A stretch of DNA of 64,000 bases from Zancudomyces culisetae HAW-14-8 (Eukaryota; Fungi; Kickxellomycota): contig JBNJNM010000015.1 in the NCBI GenBank assembly GCA_052426225.1, positions 1,488,001 through 1,552,000 of the forward strand, given 5' to 3'. Below, in pieces: positions 25,718 through 37,729 of this stretch (its first letter is position 1; each line of letters begins with the position of its first letter). Made by a program: the position numbers and the translations under genes. Under the pieces are notes generated by a model. That model saw only the letters and a list, made by a program, of their open reading frames with translations, was not told the DNA's origin and searched no databases.

Positions 25718-27961
25718 TGTATTGTATAATCTTTTTACTTTGCTCTATTTTCTATTTTCTATTTTCTATGTTTTATCCTTACCTTTACTTTTTATTTGTT
25801 TTTTCTTTTGTTTTCTTTTTTTTTTTACTGTTTATGATTGTTATTCTATATTTTTCAACTTTAATATCAGTAAAATAAACCTTAATAAACAGCTATGTAT
25901 ATTTCTGCAAATTTTGTTTTTAACTAGTTTTTTTTTCATTTAAACTTCATTGTGCTATTTTTTAAATTATTTTTTCCAATATTTGGTAAAGGCCAAATTA
26001 AACTGCAAATTTGTAATATAGAGAAATTTTAATAAATGGTAAATAAATGTGTTGCCTTTCCAAATTGTGTTTGTTTACAAACGAATAGTAATAACGATAA
26101 TTACACTATTGTAAAAATATTCTCCTTTTGAACTCACTTGTATTCAACTTTTATCTCTATCCCTCTGTCCCTCTTTCTCCCCTACATTCACAAACCACAT
26201 GATTAAGAACTCTATTTTGCGAACTGTACCAGCTTTGCATTTAATTTCAAAAAAAATAATTCAATCTGTCACCTTTGTAAGCTGAAGGAACTTGTGTACT
26301 TGGTGTGGTATGTTTTGCCTGGAATAAAGTTGACATTTTTTTTTTGAAGCGAAGGTATGGAAGGGAAATTAATTAGAGTGGCAGTGATGATGATAGTAAT
26401 GGTGATAGTAATGGTGCTAGAGGAGAAGGTAAAGTAGTGGTGTTTGTAATGACAGGTGATTAACTTGTCATACTTATAACACGCTCTCATACTTATACAC
26501 ACACTAAAGAAAATGACATCCACAATTTTCAGCTCATTTATACACCAAGTATAAATAAGGCATGCATATATAAAAATCATTATACTGGTGTTGCTGCAAA
26601 TAGTAATTGAGAATAAAGCTTGTGTCTCGTTTGTTCCTTTGCATTTTGCATGACTTTTATTATTATTTATTGACAGATTATTTACAACCAATATATATAT
26701 TAATATTTACCTAGATTACTAATATTTACAACTCTAGCTGTTTTATCCATTATAAATATGTTCTAGATTTGTACCACTTTGTAAATGCTGTTTTTTCGTT
26801 TTATTTATCTTATTAAACCTTTTTTTTTGTTTTTTCTTTTGTTTTGTTTTTGATAATAAACCCAAAGTCCAAAAAAACATAGGGTACAAACGCAACCTAA
26901 AAATAAAAAAAGAGTTGGTGAGGTGGAAAATGATGTGACATCAAAATATTTGAATCATTGAAAAGGTTTAGATGTATCACCAAATCTAAAAACCAGCACA
27001 TAACAATATTGATAAGGCTGTTTTTTGGATTTACACTCTTTGCTTTTTATTCTGTCAATGTCTATCATTTACTTTTTTTTACGTGGAGAGAGAGAGTGTG
27101 TGTGTGTATAACATATATATTGACATAACTAATTAATGACACCAACATTATGACAAATTGGTATGATGTAAAGTTTTCGTATTCTCACACCTTTTTTTCT
27201 CACACATTCGTTGCTGGGAATTAATGCTACTATATTTGCTTTTGTCCGTTTACTTGCACCAAGAGAAGCAACAAACCTGTAAAAATGCATCAATATTCTT
27301 GGGCTATTTGTATTATATGCATGTTTGAACAGAACATGAGTGCGTAATGTTGAATACACTTGATTAAACAACTGATGAAAATGTACAAACTATGCATATA
27401 TTGGTGTGGTATAATAAATTGGTGCAGAATGAGTTTTTCAAGTATTCTCTGATCTCGTTTATTTGTACTTTTCTAATCGTATTTAATAGAAATAGCATTG
27501 AAATATATTGAACATTAACACATGGTTGAGCACAATCTACGCAGTTTAACTGTTTATAAGAACTGCGCTATTATTTTACACATCTATACTCTTCTTTCTC
27601 CCCCCCCTCTCTCTCTCCCTCCCCACTTAATTTACCAGCTCCTGGTTGTATTATCCTGAGTAGATGTACACATAGTTAGAGTTGATACCTTTACAAATAA
27701 AAATAAAATAAAACAAAACAAAACAAAGCGACCCGGTCATGGTATGCAGCAAGTTCACAATTGTCAGTTTACTACTAAACATTGTAGGTTCAGCAGTAAA
27801 ACCTGACATGATATATTTTTCAAACCTTCCCATAAATAGCTAGGTATATAAAACTATGTATATATATCAGAATAACTAGTAATAGAAACATGATTTAATG
27901 ACAAACAAATATATAAAAAATTAAAACCTCCTCCCCCCACCCTGCTTCGATAAAACTAGGT

Positions 27962-30898
27962 CTACAAAGCACCAAGTTTTAGCTTCATTATTTCATCATT
28001 AACAAATGCAATCTTTTGAGCCAGTGAAATCAACGATTCAGTTTGACCTCTAATCACTCGCACAACTGAATCGGTCTTTGATTTCAAGTCACTACCCAAA
28101 TCACTAGTACTCAGTGCATTCTGCGAAAAGGTCTGCAAGTACAACGGCTTTAGATAACCCTCGACATTGGCCAATGCCTCGTTGATCTGAGCAAGCTTGA
28201 TTTCGGTTTCACTCAGCCACCGCCAAAAATAATCAGTAGTGACACTTGAATTGATCATAGAATACTGTATCCGCCGAGCGACCTCCTTTGGATCCACTGG
28301 TTTTTGAACAGCCACCAATTCCAAAAGCGAGTTGGTTTCTTGAGCGTTATTCACCACATTGGGATCCTGCAGTGCAGATATCAGCTTCTGCCGCAGTGAC
28401 ATTTGTTGTGATGTGAGTCCACTACTTTCCCACGTCAATTCGTCAATTGTCTGAGTAACCGCTGAGATAACCTGCTCGGTTTCGCGTAATGTCTGGGTAA
28501 CTCTTTTTCTGAATTCCCCAACACTATTTGTATCCGCTGTCAATAAATAACGAACTGCGGCTAGATGTTGTTCAGTGCTAAAAGACATTTTCTTAACAGA
28601 AAATAATTGTGACTCAATTTCTTTTATCACAATGTTTTTCCCAATAGAAATCTGCGTCTTTTTGAATATCCTAAAAATTAAATGAGGATGAGAAAAAAAA
28701 AAGAAATGTCAGTAAAATAAAGAGTTTGTATGTTATGGATGTCCGTAGAAAAGATGAGAGAAAAAAAATACTTACTCTATTTGTTTCAGCAGCTGCTTTG
28801 TTTGCTCGGGAAGTTCATCAAACTTGGTGTTTTTAGTGACAGGCTTATTAGGATCGTGCTGTGGTTTTGGTACTGAAGGTGTGATGGTTTTGGTCGTGGT
28901 TACAGGTGCGGCGGAAGTTGCCGCTGGTGCTAGAGCAGCTGGAGCTGTAGAAGTAGTGATAGATGTGGGAGCAGAGGCAGAGGCAGAGGCAGCGCCAGTG
29001 GTTGATGTTGTAGTAGTGGCTGCAGGTGTGGTTGTGGTTGTGGTTGTCGCAGGCTTTGTAGATAGTGTGTTGAATAGGCTAGATGTGGCAGATGGTGTAG
29101 TAGACGCTGGGGTAGAACCAAACGTAGGTATAGAAGTAGTTTCTTTCTTGGTAGCATCAGCCGTGGACAATGCAGTTCCAGAGAATAGAGAAGTTGTGGG
29201 TTGAGCTGCTGTAGTTGTTGCTGTAGTTGTAGCTGTTCCTGTTGTGGATGAAGGAGAGGCTCCAAAAAGACTAGTTCGTTTCTGAGATGTTTCAGTAGCT
29301 CCGAAAAGACTACTACCTTCTGTAGCTAAAGTACTAGTCGGTGTGTTTGGTTTGGCAGCGTTTCCTTTTCCTAGAGCCTCCGAATTCTGGAAAATAAGTG
29401 GACTGGTTAGTTGAGATGGTTTTGAAGAAAGATTACCAAACAAAGGAGTAGCTGGTTTGGCTGGTTGTGATAGGGTAGTGCTTGGCGAAGTACCAAACAG
29501 AGATGTTGGTGTCTGTATTCCCGCAGAAGTCGCAGTTGTCGAACCCAAGGTAGTTTGAGGCTTTCCAAACAAACTGCCTCCACTTGGTGCTGCTGTGGTT
29601 GTTGTTGTTGGCGCAGCAGCTGCTTCTGGTTTTACACCTCCAAATAAACTTCCACCTGTAGTATCTGCAGGTTTGGCAGTAGTTGGTTGCAAGCTACCAA
29701 ACATGCTGGGTTTGTTGGCGGTATCACTTTGTCCAGTGCTCAAACCTGCATCCGTCTTTCCAAATAAGCTAAATCCGCTTCCAATACCACTGCTGGTAGT
29801 AGCAGAAGTGGTTGCTAATGTAGGTGCTGAAGCCGATGCTGAAGCTGGTATTGATGTTGATGTTGATGTTGATGTTGATGTTGGTGCTATTGTTTGCGCT
29901 AGTGTTGGTGTAGTGGTTTTACCGAACAGTCCGCTGCCTGTGGTTGTAGTCGCACCGCCAAAAAGACTGGGTTTGCTTTCTCCGCCTGCTGCTGTGGTAG
30001 GTGCGTCTGCTACTTTACCAAATAAGCTAGTGCCTCCTGCTGTTGCTGTTGTTGTTGTTGGTGGTGGTGCTGTTGTCGCAGATAGTGTGGATGCTGGTGC
30101 TGCTGTTGCAGGTTTACCAAACAACCCTGACCCCCCTCCTCCAAACCCACCTGTCGGATTCGCCCCAAACAATGAACTCGCTGTTGCCCCTGTACTCTCG
30201 GTAGTCTTACCAAACAAACTCCCAGCTCCCATTGGGGCTCCGGTTGATACTGGTGCTGATGTTGTTGAGGCTGCTGAGGTTGTTGAGGCCGTTGCTACTG
30301 TTGGGTTCGATATATTTCCAAAAAGCCCACCTGGTTTTGTTGTAAGACTAGGAGAACTCCCAAATATGTTACCGCTACCTCCTGTTGTTGTTCCTGCTGT
30401 TGCTGCTGGAACATTTAGGCTTGGGGTGCTGCCAAACCCACCAAAACCACCAAAACCCCCTTTTGGTGCCGCTTCTGCCTGACTTGAACTTCCAAAAATG
30501 GACGCACCTGTTGTTGCACCTGTTGTTGTTCCTGTTGTTGTTCCTGTTGTTGTTCCTGTTGTTGTTCCTGTTGTTGTTCCTGTTGTTGCCCCGAACAATC
30601 CACTACCCACACTACCTCCACTGCTAGCATTGTTATTGGCACCGGACAAAGAATTTCCAAAAATGTTAGGCTTGCTTGCTTCTGTTGTTCCTATGCTGGT
30701 GCTACTGCTGGCATTAGTGGAACTATTCGTGGCGCCACCGAATTGTGTTTTGAAACCGCCAAACATACCGCCAGTTGCATTTGTATTTGCCGCGCCAAAT
30801 ATACTAGTCGATGTCGCAGGATTATTATTTATTGTCGTAGATTCATTGCTCTTGCTGTCGTTGCTATTCGAACTAGCAGATTGTGTTTGTCCAAACAT
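27962..30898 (-). CDS. NUP49: FG-repeat central channel nucleoporin, Nup49/Nup58-like
   Basis: Exon 30898..28776 has many SLFG/GLFG repeats and ends TKFDELPEQTKQLLKQIE. Intron 28775..28671 is followed by a coiled-coil exon to 27962. Confidence 0.8.
30507..30590 (-). repeat. Coding 12-bp minisatellite encoding (TTTG)n in the FG domain
   Basis: CCTGTTGTTGTT-type unit repeated about 7 times on the + strand. Confidence 0.9.
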
Positions 30899-31719
30899 GT
30901 TTTTTTTTTACACTCAACTCGCAAATTAGATTATTAAAACCGTTATGATATATTAGTACTGTCTTTCTGTTCTTGTAATTTCAAGTTGTTAATTGTATGT
31001 ACTACCTACTGTACTTGTGATTTAGATTGCAGGAGATGGGATTTGTATTTTTACATTAAAATTCACAATTTCAAATCTAAACATTTATCGCCGTATATTT
31101 TTGCGGCTTGTCTTTGTAGTGAATATTTTTGGTGGTAACAACTGAATCAAACACTAGTGTTTAAGGATTATTTTTTTTATTCCTTGCTTTCTCGTAAAGG
31201 ATTGTTCATTTTTGCTAAAAACCTTTGCAGATTTTTTTATTTGAATTTTCTGCTTGGAAAAAAAATAAATTAAATAAATAGCACTAACAGTGCAATAACA
31301 GAACTAGAAAAATAAAAAAATAAAATACTCCCTAACATTTGCTGGAAAAATTTTTTTATTTGATTTAGTTACCCTGATTTCCAAGCCAGTTTGCAAAAAA
31401 AATAAATTTAAATATTGTTGCTAAAAGCTATGCTGACTGCAGATGCTACAACTCTGGTAGCGGATCATTTATTCACCTCTCAAAAGATTATATCTGAGTT
31501 TGCTTCACGCCGCCATTGTTTTACGTTGTGTAGATGTATACTAGATCAACGATGGTAGTGACCGTCTAATTCGAAAAATAAAAAATATACCAGTGATAAA
31601 TAGCATAATTTGGTTGGTACATCAAGATTTAAGGTGCGAATGGCTGTATGTCTATTTTTTGTTCTTTAGATTAAAACAACACCAAAAATACAAAAAAAAA
31701 AATAGGCCATAAAGTATAC

Positions 31720-32150
31720 TTCCTCAATACTGAGCAACTACAGTTTGTCTTTGTACCAGGACGAGATATATTAGATCGATTTCTGACATCTGCATCCTCT
31801 GCGTAGCCAAACGCCGTCGGGTTACAGACCCGGAGACACGTAACCAACCCTGGTTAAACAACATTGTGAATACATTGGTACTTACAACCGTCCCTGCCCC
31901 CTTTTCAAGTAAACCGAACAACTAGTAGCATTACAACAAACCGATACGAAAAAAAAAAACAAAAACGAAAACTGCGGCCGATGAATAGGACACGTGCCAC
32001 AAGAGCAAACTGGCAGCATGTAGGCTGATAACATGAAACAATGACGAGCTAGTGGAAGCTACAGCATAGCTTGCCCATTTTACTAATATATCTGCTGTCC
32101 ATGCCATAGATATGCATTTTATCTCGCGTATGGAGCATTGTTCAAAACAA
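31720..32150. ncRNA. Candidate structured ncRNA, family not identified
   Basis: Locally GC-richer island with several stems (ACCAGG/CCTGGT, CGGGT/ACCCG, TGCCA/TGGCA, CGAGCTA/TAGCTTG) and no credible ORF. Confidence 0.3.
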
Positions 32151-32977
32151 ACAAAAACACCACATTGAGCCAACTTTATATTTTGATTTGTTATTTAAAG
32201 GGCAAAAATATAGAGAAGGTTGCTTTTTTTTATTTTTTTTGCATGGTTGTTTTGATTGTCTGATGTGGATTTTCGTGTATTGTAAACAAGAAATGGTGTG
32301 CCGAAATGTGTGAAATGCGAAAAACATATTACCAAAATGTAAATAGCTCTGGCTAATAGTTTTCCAAACTAAGCTACCTTTCTGACTATGCCTAAACGCA
32401 GATTATAAAATCAGCGAAAAAAATTAGGTTTATTATATTTTTATTTATTTTTTTTTCCAAAAATACTTGTTATTTCCCAATAATTTCTTGGTTGAATCAA
32501 ACGGAGTTGGGTAAAAGACAACGAAAGCTGGCTGGACATGAATTGGGTTCTTTTTCAGATTGTCAGCAATTAGTACCAAGGCAAGAATAAATAATTGAAA
32601 AAAATTTTTTTTGCAGCAATTAGGTGGCTAGTGTTAATTGCTTAGTTAAAGTTTATTGGTGTATATAAACAAGAAATTAGACGTACCATCAACGGTTTGA
32701 ATGAATAATAATATAGCGAAATATCCCCTTTAAGTTTAAACTACAGTATAACCCTCCCCCCCAGTACTATAAAAGCATATATCGAACAACCAGTTTTTTC
32801 TTATAATATTTGGTAAAGCTTTAGGTATAGGGAGATACACGGCTCATTATAGGCATATAAACCTCGCTAAATTAAATCACTTAAACTTTAATGTATTTTT
32901 TAAATTATAAAAGAATAAAGTAAAAAAGGAAAAGAAAAAGAAAGAAAATCGAAACAATTGGGGATAAAAAAAGAAAT

Positions 32978-35578
32978 ATGGCGAAAGTCGCGAAATCTAA
33001 AACGAAAACTCCTAAACCGAGTGAGTTGGAACCGGTTGGAAAGAGCCCACAGAAAATAGCCCAAGATCAGCAAAACAAGCCGAAGGCACATGCGAAGACA
33101 AGATTAGACAAGGTGGTTAGTAAAGAGAAGCGAAAGAGTAAAATTAGGAGAAAGAAGCAGCTTCAAGAGCTTTTGAAACAAAAGCAGACTGAAATCTTGA
33201 AGGCAAGGGCAAAAAGTATCATAGAGGGAACCACAAGATTGTTTTCTTGGGTACTGACCAGTTATGGAAGGGTAAAAGTGATAGGTGATAGGGAGGAACG
33301 GGATGCATACATCTCTTATCCCTGGAATAAAATTATCAACAGGAACAGTGTTGATCTTACAGATAATATGGGAGGCACAAAGTATGGCGAAGACCTAGAT
33401 GCCAGTGACGCTGTACTCGACGAATCTGAACAAGAGGCACTAGAAGAAACGATGCAGGAGTTTAAGCTTGGTGTAACAACTGAAAACAAAGAAACTCCTG
33501 GTATTGAGAAAGAAAATAGCAAAGAAACAAATGTGGAGCCGGAAAATATCAATGAAAAGGAGGAGCAACACGAAGATTTAGCCAAGGAGGCAATGGGGGA
33601 TAAAAAGGAAGACGAATGTTTGGGTGTTGATACCAATGATAATGTTGGTGTTGATAGTAGTATGGAGACAGAGTCACAGCCTGAACAGGAAAATACACAG
33701 AAAAAGGAAAAAGACCACAGCAAAGGGAGCTATCTATCAGAGCTGTTTATGCGAATATATCGTGGCAGAAAGGAAGAGGCATGTAATGTAGAAGACAAGG
33801 AGGTCGAAGAGATAGAACAAAAGGAGACTGAACAAGATGGGAATTCTGAGCAGGAATTGGCACAAGAAGCACAAGAAGCACAAGAAGTGCTAGAAGAAAG
33901 ACACGAGATGGCCATTGAGCCCGCTGAAGAAGAAACTCTTGAACCCATTGAACAGAGTATAGATGAAACTGAAGAAATATCTAAAGAATTGGTTGATGAC
34001 CTGGTTGGAGGACTGGTTCAGGAGATAATTGAAGAAACAATGGAAGACTTGGAGGAAACAGAGAGTAGTGAGAACATAATTCTGGCTGCAGAGGACGCGG
34101 AGCGCTATATTGTTGCTGGAGAACAGGAATACTCTGAAGAAGAGCAAGGGGAGGATGAGCAACTAGAACAAGAAAAGATGGAGGAAGACGAACAGCAAGA
34201 GTGGGGAAAAGAGGAGGAGGAGGGGAACGAATATATTGAAGAGATCGAGGAGGACAAGTTTGAAAGGAAGGAGGGTTTGGAGTTTTCGGTAGAAAGACGA
34301 GAAAGTGGATTTAAAATAAAGCTCAAAAGCGAACCAATCTTGCAGCTACAAGGAGTCAAAAGCGAAATAATTGAGCCAGAGCTGAATCTGTGGCCTACAG
34401 TTGATCTATATACATTGGATGAAGGCGTGCACAAACGACAAAGCCCCGAAAGCGAAAAAAAGGAAACACCAATTAAGCGGACGAAACGGAGTAGCGAAGG
34501 TAGCGCCAAGAAAGAAAAGTTAATGCAGCTACGACCATATTATGGCCTTGGAAGTACGGGAAATCCATTGGAGGCTGGATCACTGTATGGAAAGATCAAA
34601 ACCCCCAAAAACAACCGAAGAGCCAGCAAGCCGTCTAAAACATATTTGGAAGGCGAAAGTGAAGAAGGCGAACTTGATTTCGATGAAGTGCATAGAAAAA
34701 AGGTAGTAGCAAACAGGCGCAAAAAGATTGGCCAAGAAACAGCTCAAGCCATCATGAACATCGTGGACCAAGTTCCTACTGAAAAAGAAACCACAAAAAA
34801 TGTATTCCATTCAACGAACCTGCCGAGTTTCTTGAAAGATGCTATTGCTGATCAGGAAGCCAAACCAGACGAGCCACTCGGCTTGTCTGTTCAATCCGAG
34901 AGAAAGCACAAACGCGGTTACGGGCTTGACTACTCTGATGACCAGCAGTTGCTGTCTCCAACTTCAGCCGAGTTGCTATTAATTAATGCTCCTGATTCGA
35001 TAAAGTCTAGGTTTAAAAAGTCACTTTCAAGTGGAGAGTCTGGGTTTCAACTCTCCCCCATTGTGTTTCCCAAATCTCCCTTTGTTTCTTTGCCTACACA
35101 TTCCAAGCTTTCAAGCTCAAGCTATTTTAAATCATTGAAAACTAAACTGATTCCCAAAAAGAACACTACAACTTTGCTTCCCAAAAAGGCAAACAAAGAA
35201 ATCGAGACACTACCACCTCAAGAATCTGTTGGCGTTACTGAATCCGGTGTTAATCAAGAGGAGAACGTGGATAGCTTGATAGATTCCATCCTCAAAAAAA
35301 CCAAACCTAATTTGCTGCCGACGTTCAACTTTTCCCTGAACAACCAACAAAGCGACAGGATGGCGAGCAGGAGCACTAGACCAAGCGGGTTGATCCAACC
35401 TACTTCTAGACAAAACTTTGTGTTTAACCAGGATGTTGTACAAAAGCAGACAAATGTGTTGAAATTAAATATGAAGAGCCTTGTTGATGAGAACACATTC
35501 CGCGATATTTGCGATTCTGTGCTGGATAAGGATGAAAAAAACGGTGTAACTGTTCCAAATTACTCTTTTACTTGTTAA
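32978..35578 (+). CDS. Acidic low-complexity nuclear protein, possibly a Nup60/Nup1-like basket nucleoporin
   Basis: Intronless 866-aa ORF with basic NLS-like stretches, an amphipathic-looking SIIEGTTRLFSWVL segment, a TAQAIMNIV helix, FxF motifs and terminal VPNYSF. The CDS is well supported; the identity is tentative. Confidence 0.7.
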   Translation: MAKVAKSKTKTPKPSELEPVGKSPQKIAQDQQNKPKAHAKTRLDKVVSKEKRKSKIRRKKQLQELLKQKQTEILKARAKSIIEGTTRLFSWVLTSYGRVKVIGDREERDAYISYPWNKIINRNSVDLTDNMGGTKYGEDLDASDAVLDESEQEALEETMQEFKLGVTTENKETPGIEKENSKETNVEPENINEKEEQHEDLAKEAMGDKKEDECLGVDTNDNVGVDSSMETESQPEQENTQKKEKDHSKGSYLSELFMRIYRGRKEEACNVEDKEVEEIEQKETEQDGNSEQELAQEAQEAQEVLEERHEMAIEPAEEETLEPIEQSIDETEEISKELVDDLVGGLVQEIIEETMEDLEETESSENIILAAEDAERYIVAGEQEYSEEEQGEDEQLEQEKMEEDEQQEWGKEEEEGNEYIEEIEEDKFERKEGLEFSVERRESGFKIKLKSEPILQLQGVKSEIIEPELNLWPTVDLYTLDEGVHKRQSPESEKKETPIKRTKRSSEGSAKKEKLMQLRPYYGLGSTGNPLEAGSLYGKIKTPKNNRRASKPSKTYLEGESEEGELDFDEVHRKKVVANRRKKIGQETAQAIMNIVDQVPTEKETTKNVFHSTNLPSFLKDAIADQEAKPDEPLGLSVQSERKHKRGYGLDYSDDQQLLSPTSAELLLINAPDSIKSRFKKSLSSGESGFQLSPIVFPKSPFVSLPTHSKLSSSSYFKSLKTKLIPKKNTTTLLPKKANKEIETLPPQESVGVTESGVNQEENVDSLIDSILKKTKPNLLPTFNFSLNNQQSDRMASRSTRPSGLIQPTSRQNFVFNQDVVQKQTNVLKLNMKSLVDENTFRDICDSVLDKDEKNGVTVPNYSFTC

Positions 35579-36151
35579 TATTTATAAACATGCCTTGCTT
35601 GCAATAATTATTTACTTGTTATTAGCTGGTCTCTTTTATTAAGTGTAGCTCTAAACGCGTTTCACCTACTAACAATAAACACTTTTGTTATTGTCCTGGT
35701 AACTACATATCTCAATCAAGGTTTTGGGTGTTCAAGTTTGGGTTGCACTGAAAAAAAAAATTTTTCATGCCTATTCTACTGTGCTGAGAAATTGGATTTG
35801 ATTTGATTTGATTTAGTTTAATTTGATTTGATTTGCGTTTTTTTTTTCTATAGATAACATTAACTAGAATAAACCAAATTGTATTTGAGAATGTTGTGAT
35901 ATTTGGAGTTTAATTGAAGAAAAAAAAAAACAAAGCAATATTTATTAGCTTTAAATAAAAGTTGTGTGTAGAAATCAGTTCCCCCCCCCCCAAGAATTGG
36001 AAATATAAATCATTATAATTCTACTTTGTTCGTAGACTTGGACTTTTTTTTTTCTTTGGCATTTTTGGCAAACGACTATCGTATAAATACACCAACAATT
36101 CAATCAAATCCCAACTATAAAGAAAAGAGGATTCTATAATCGACCAGGAAA

Positions 36152-37201
36152 ATGTTGTTAACTAAGAGCAGATTTGTGGTAAACAATGGTGGAAAGTACA
36201 TTTCGGCACGATGTTTGGCGATATTGAGCAAAAACCAAACACAAGTTCCACAAATACAATCGCTACTGAAACAATTAGCATTTGCCAAGCAGCAACACAT
36301 AAGAAAATACTCTACCGTATTGAATGGTACTGTTGGCAGATCGATGTTGGCAGAACCAAAAATTGTAGTTGCATTGAATACGATTAACGATTTACCAGGA
36401 TCTAAAAAAAAGGTAATACATCTCCCCCTCCTCCCTCCTTCTCCTCCTCTTCTACATCATCTTTATATTTTCTACTATCTTTCCTTCTCCATTCACAAAA
36501 AAAAATTTTTTTTCTACTCCATTTACTTGTTTTTGGTTGTACTTGACCTTTCTACGTTGGCTATACATGAATATATACTAAATACGTATACATGTATGTA
36601 TGTATTTACATATAAATAGAAGAAGAGACTTGGTAGAGGACCAGGGTCGGGAAAAGGAAAGACCAGTGGAAAGGGTCACAAGGGTCAAAATAGTAGAACA
36701 GGAAACCGTAAAATGACACCAGGCTTTGAGGGAGGACAAACGCCAATACACAAACGATACCCAAAGCGTGGGTTCAAAAACGCACTGTTTAAACGTGAAT
36801 TAGAACCACTAAACATCGATAAGCTACAACATTTCATTGATAATGGGCGAATAGATCCAAAAAAGCCAATTACACTCAAGGAGCTGTTTGACTGCAAAAT
36901 TGTTCGTTTCTCAACAAGAACAATGGGTAGTGGTTGCGGTGTAAGCCTGCTTGCGGGCGGTTCAGAGCGGTTCAAATCAGTAGTTGATATACACGTTACA
37001 AAGGCATCAAAGGCTGCGATAGCCCGGATTGAGGAGCTTGGCGGGAAAGTTACCTGTGTTTATCACAATCGGTTGGCACTAAAGGCTCTCCTCAAACCCG
37101 AAAAGTTTATCGCTATTCCTAAATTTGCTGAACCCACAAACGCTAAATTAAGGTCTTGGTATGCCAATCCTGAAAATAGAGGTTATCTTTCCAAACTATA
37201 A
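36152..37201 (+). CDS. MRPL15: Mitochondrial ribosomal protein uL15m (YmL10/MRPL15)
   Basis: Intron 36413..36619. The spliced protein has KRLGRGPGSGKGKTSGKGHKGQ...GFEGGQTP. Confidence 0.96.
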
Positions 37202-37729
37202 AAACTTTATTTTTTTTTATTTTACTCTTGTTTTTGTTTTTTTTGTTGTTGTTGTTGTTTTCAACGTTCTTGTTTTTGTTAATTATTCATTTGCTTACTC
37301 ACTGATTTATATCCACTATTTCAAAATTAATCCATTAAGCTTCTTCTTTCTTTTTTCTTTCTTTTTTGCTTTGTTTTGGCGAGAAAGGAAGAAGGAAAAG
37401 ATGAATAGAAAAGGGAATGAAAAGTAACACAAGCTGGATGCTATTAATCCAAGTATCTTGGGTAAAAGTACGCTTTTTTTTGTTGTTGTGTTTTGCACTG
37501 GAGTATCTAATAGTGTTTATTATTTTTCATTTTCTATTATTAAGCTCATTGTGTTAATTTACAGGCCTAACACAAAAACAAACCAAAGCAAAACCAAAGT
37601 TAAAAGTTAAACGAATACATCCTAGGTTTAGGCAATACAGTGCAGTGTCGTACAAAAAAAAAAAAAAAAAGAATAGAACAAAAAATACAAATGACTAGCT
37701 TCTAAGCGGTCACAGACATCGCTATTGTT

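Noticed and set aside
28824-30929. Long antisense ORFs over the Nup FG region (likewise over 32978..35578, EFR3 and NDUFS2)
   Set aside because: Shadow ORFs from low-complexity or biased codons on the opposite strand.
32040-32080. SECIS-like ATGA-stem-AA hairpin, and selenoproteins generally (some early-diverging fungi use Sec)
   Set aside because: It lacks the 3' GA of the non-Watson-Crick quartet. I found no in-frame TGA in a redox motif and no tRNA-Sec in the window.
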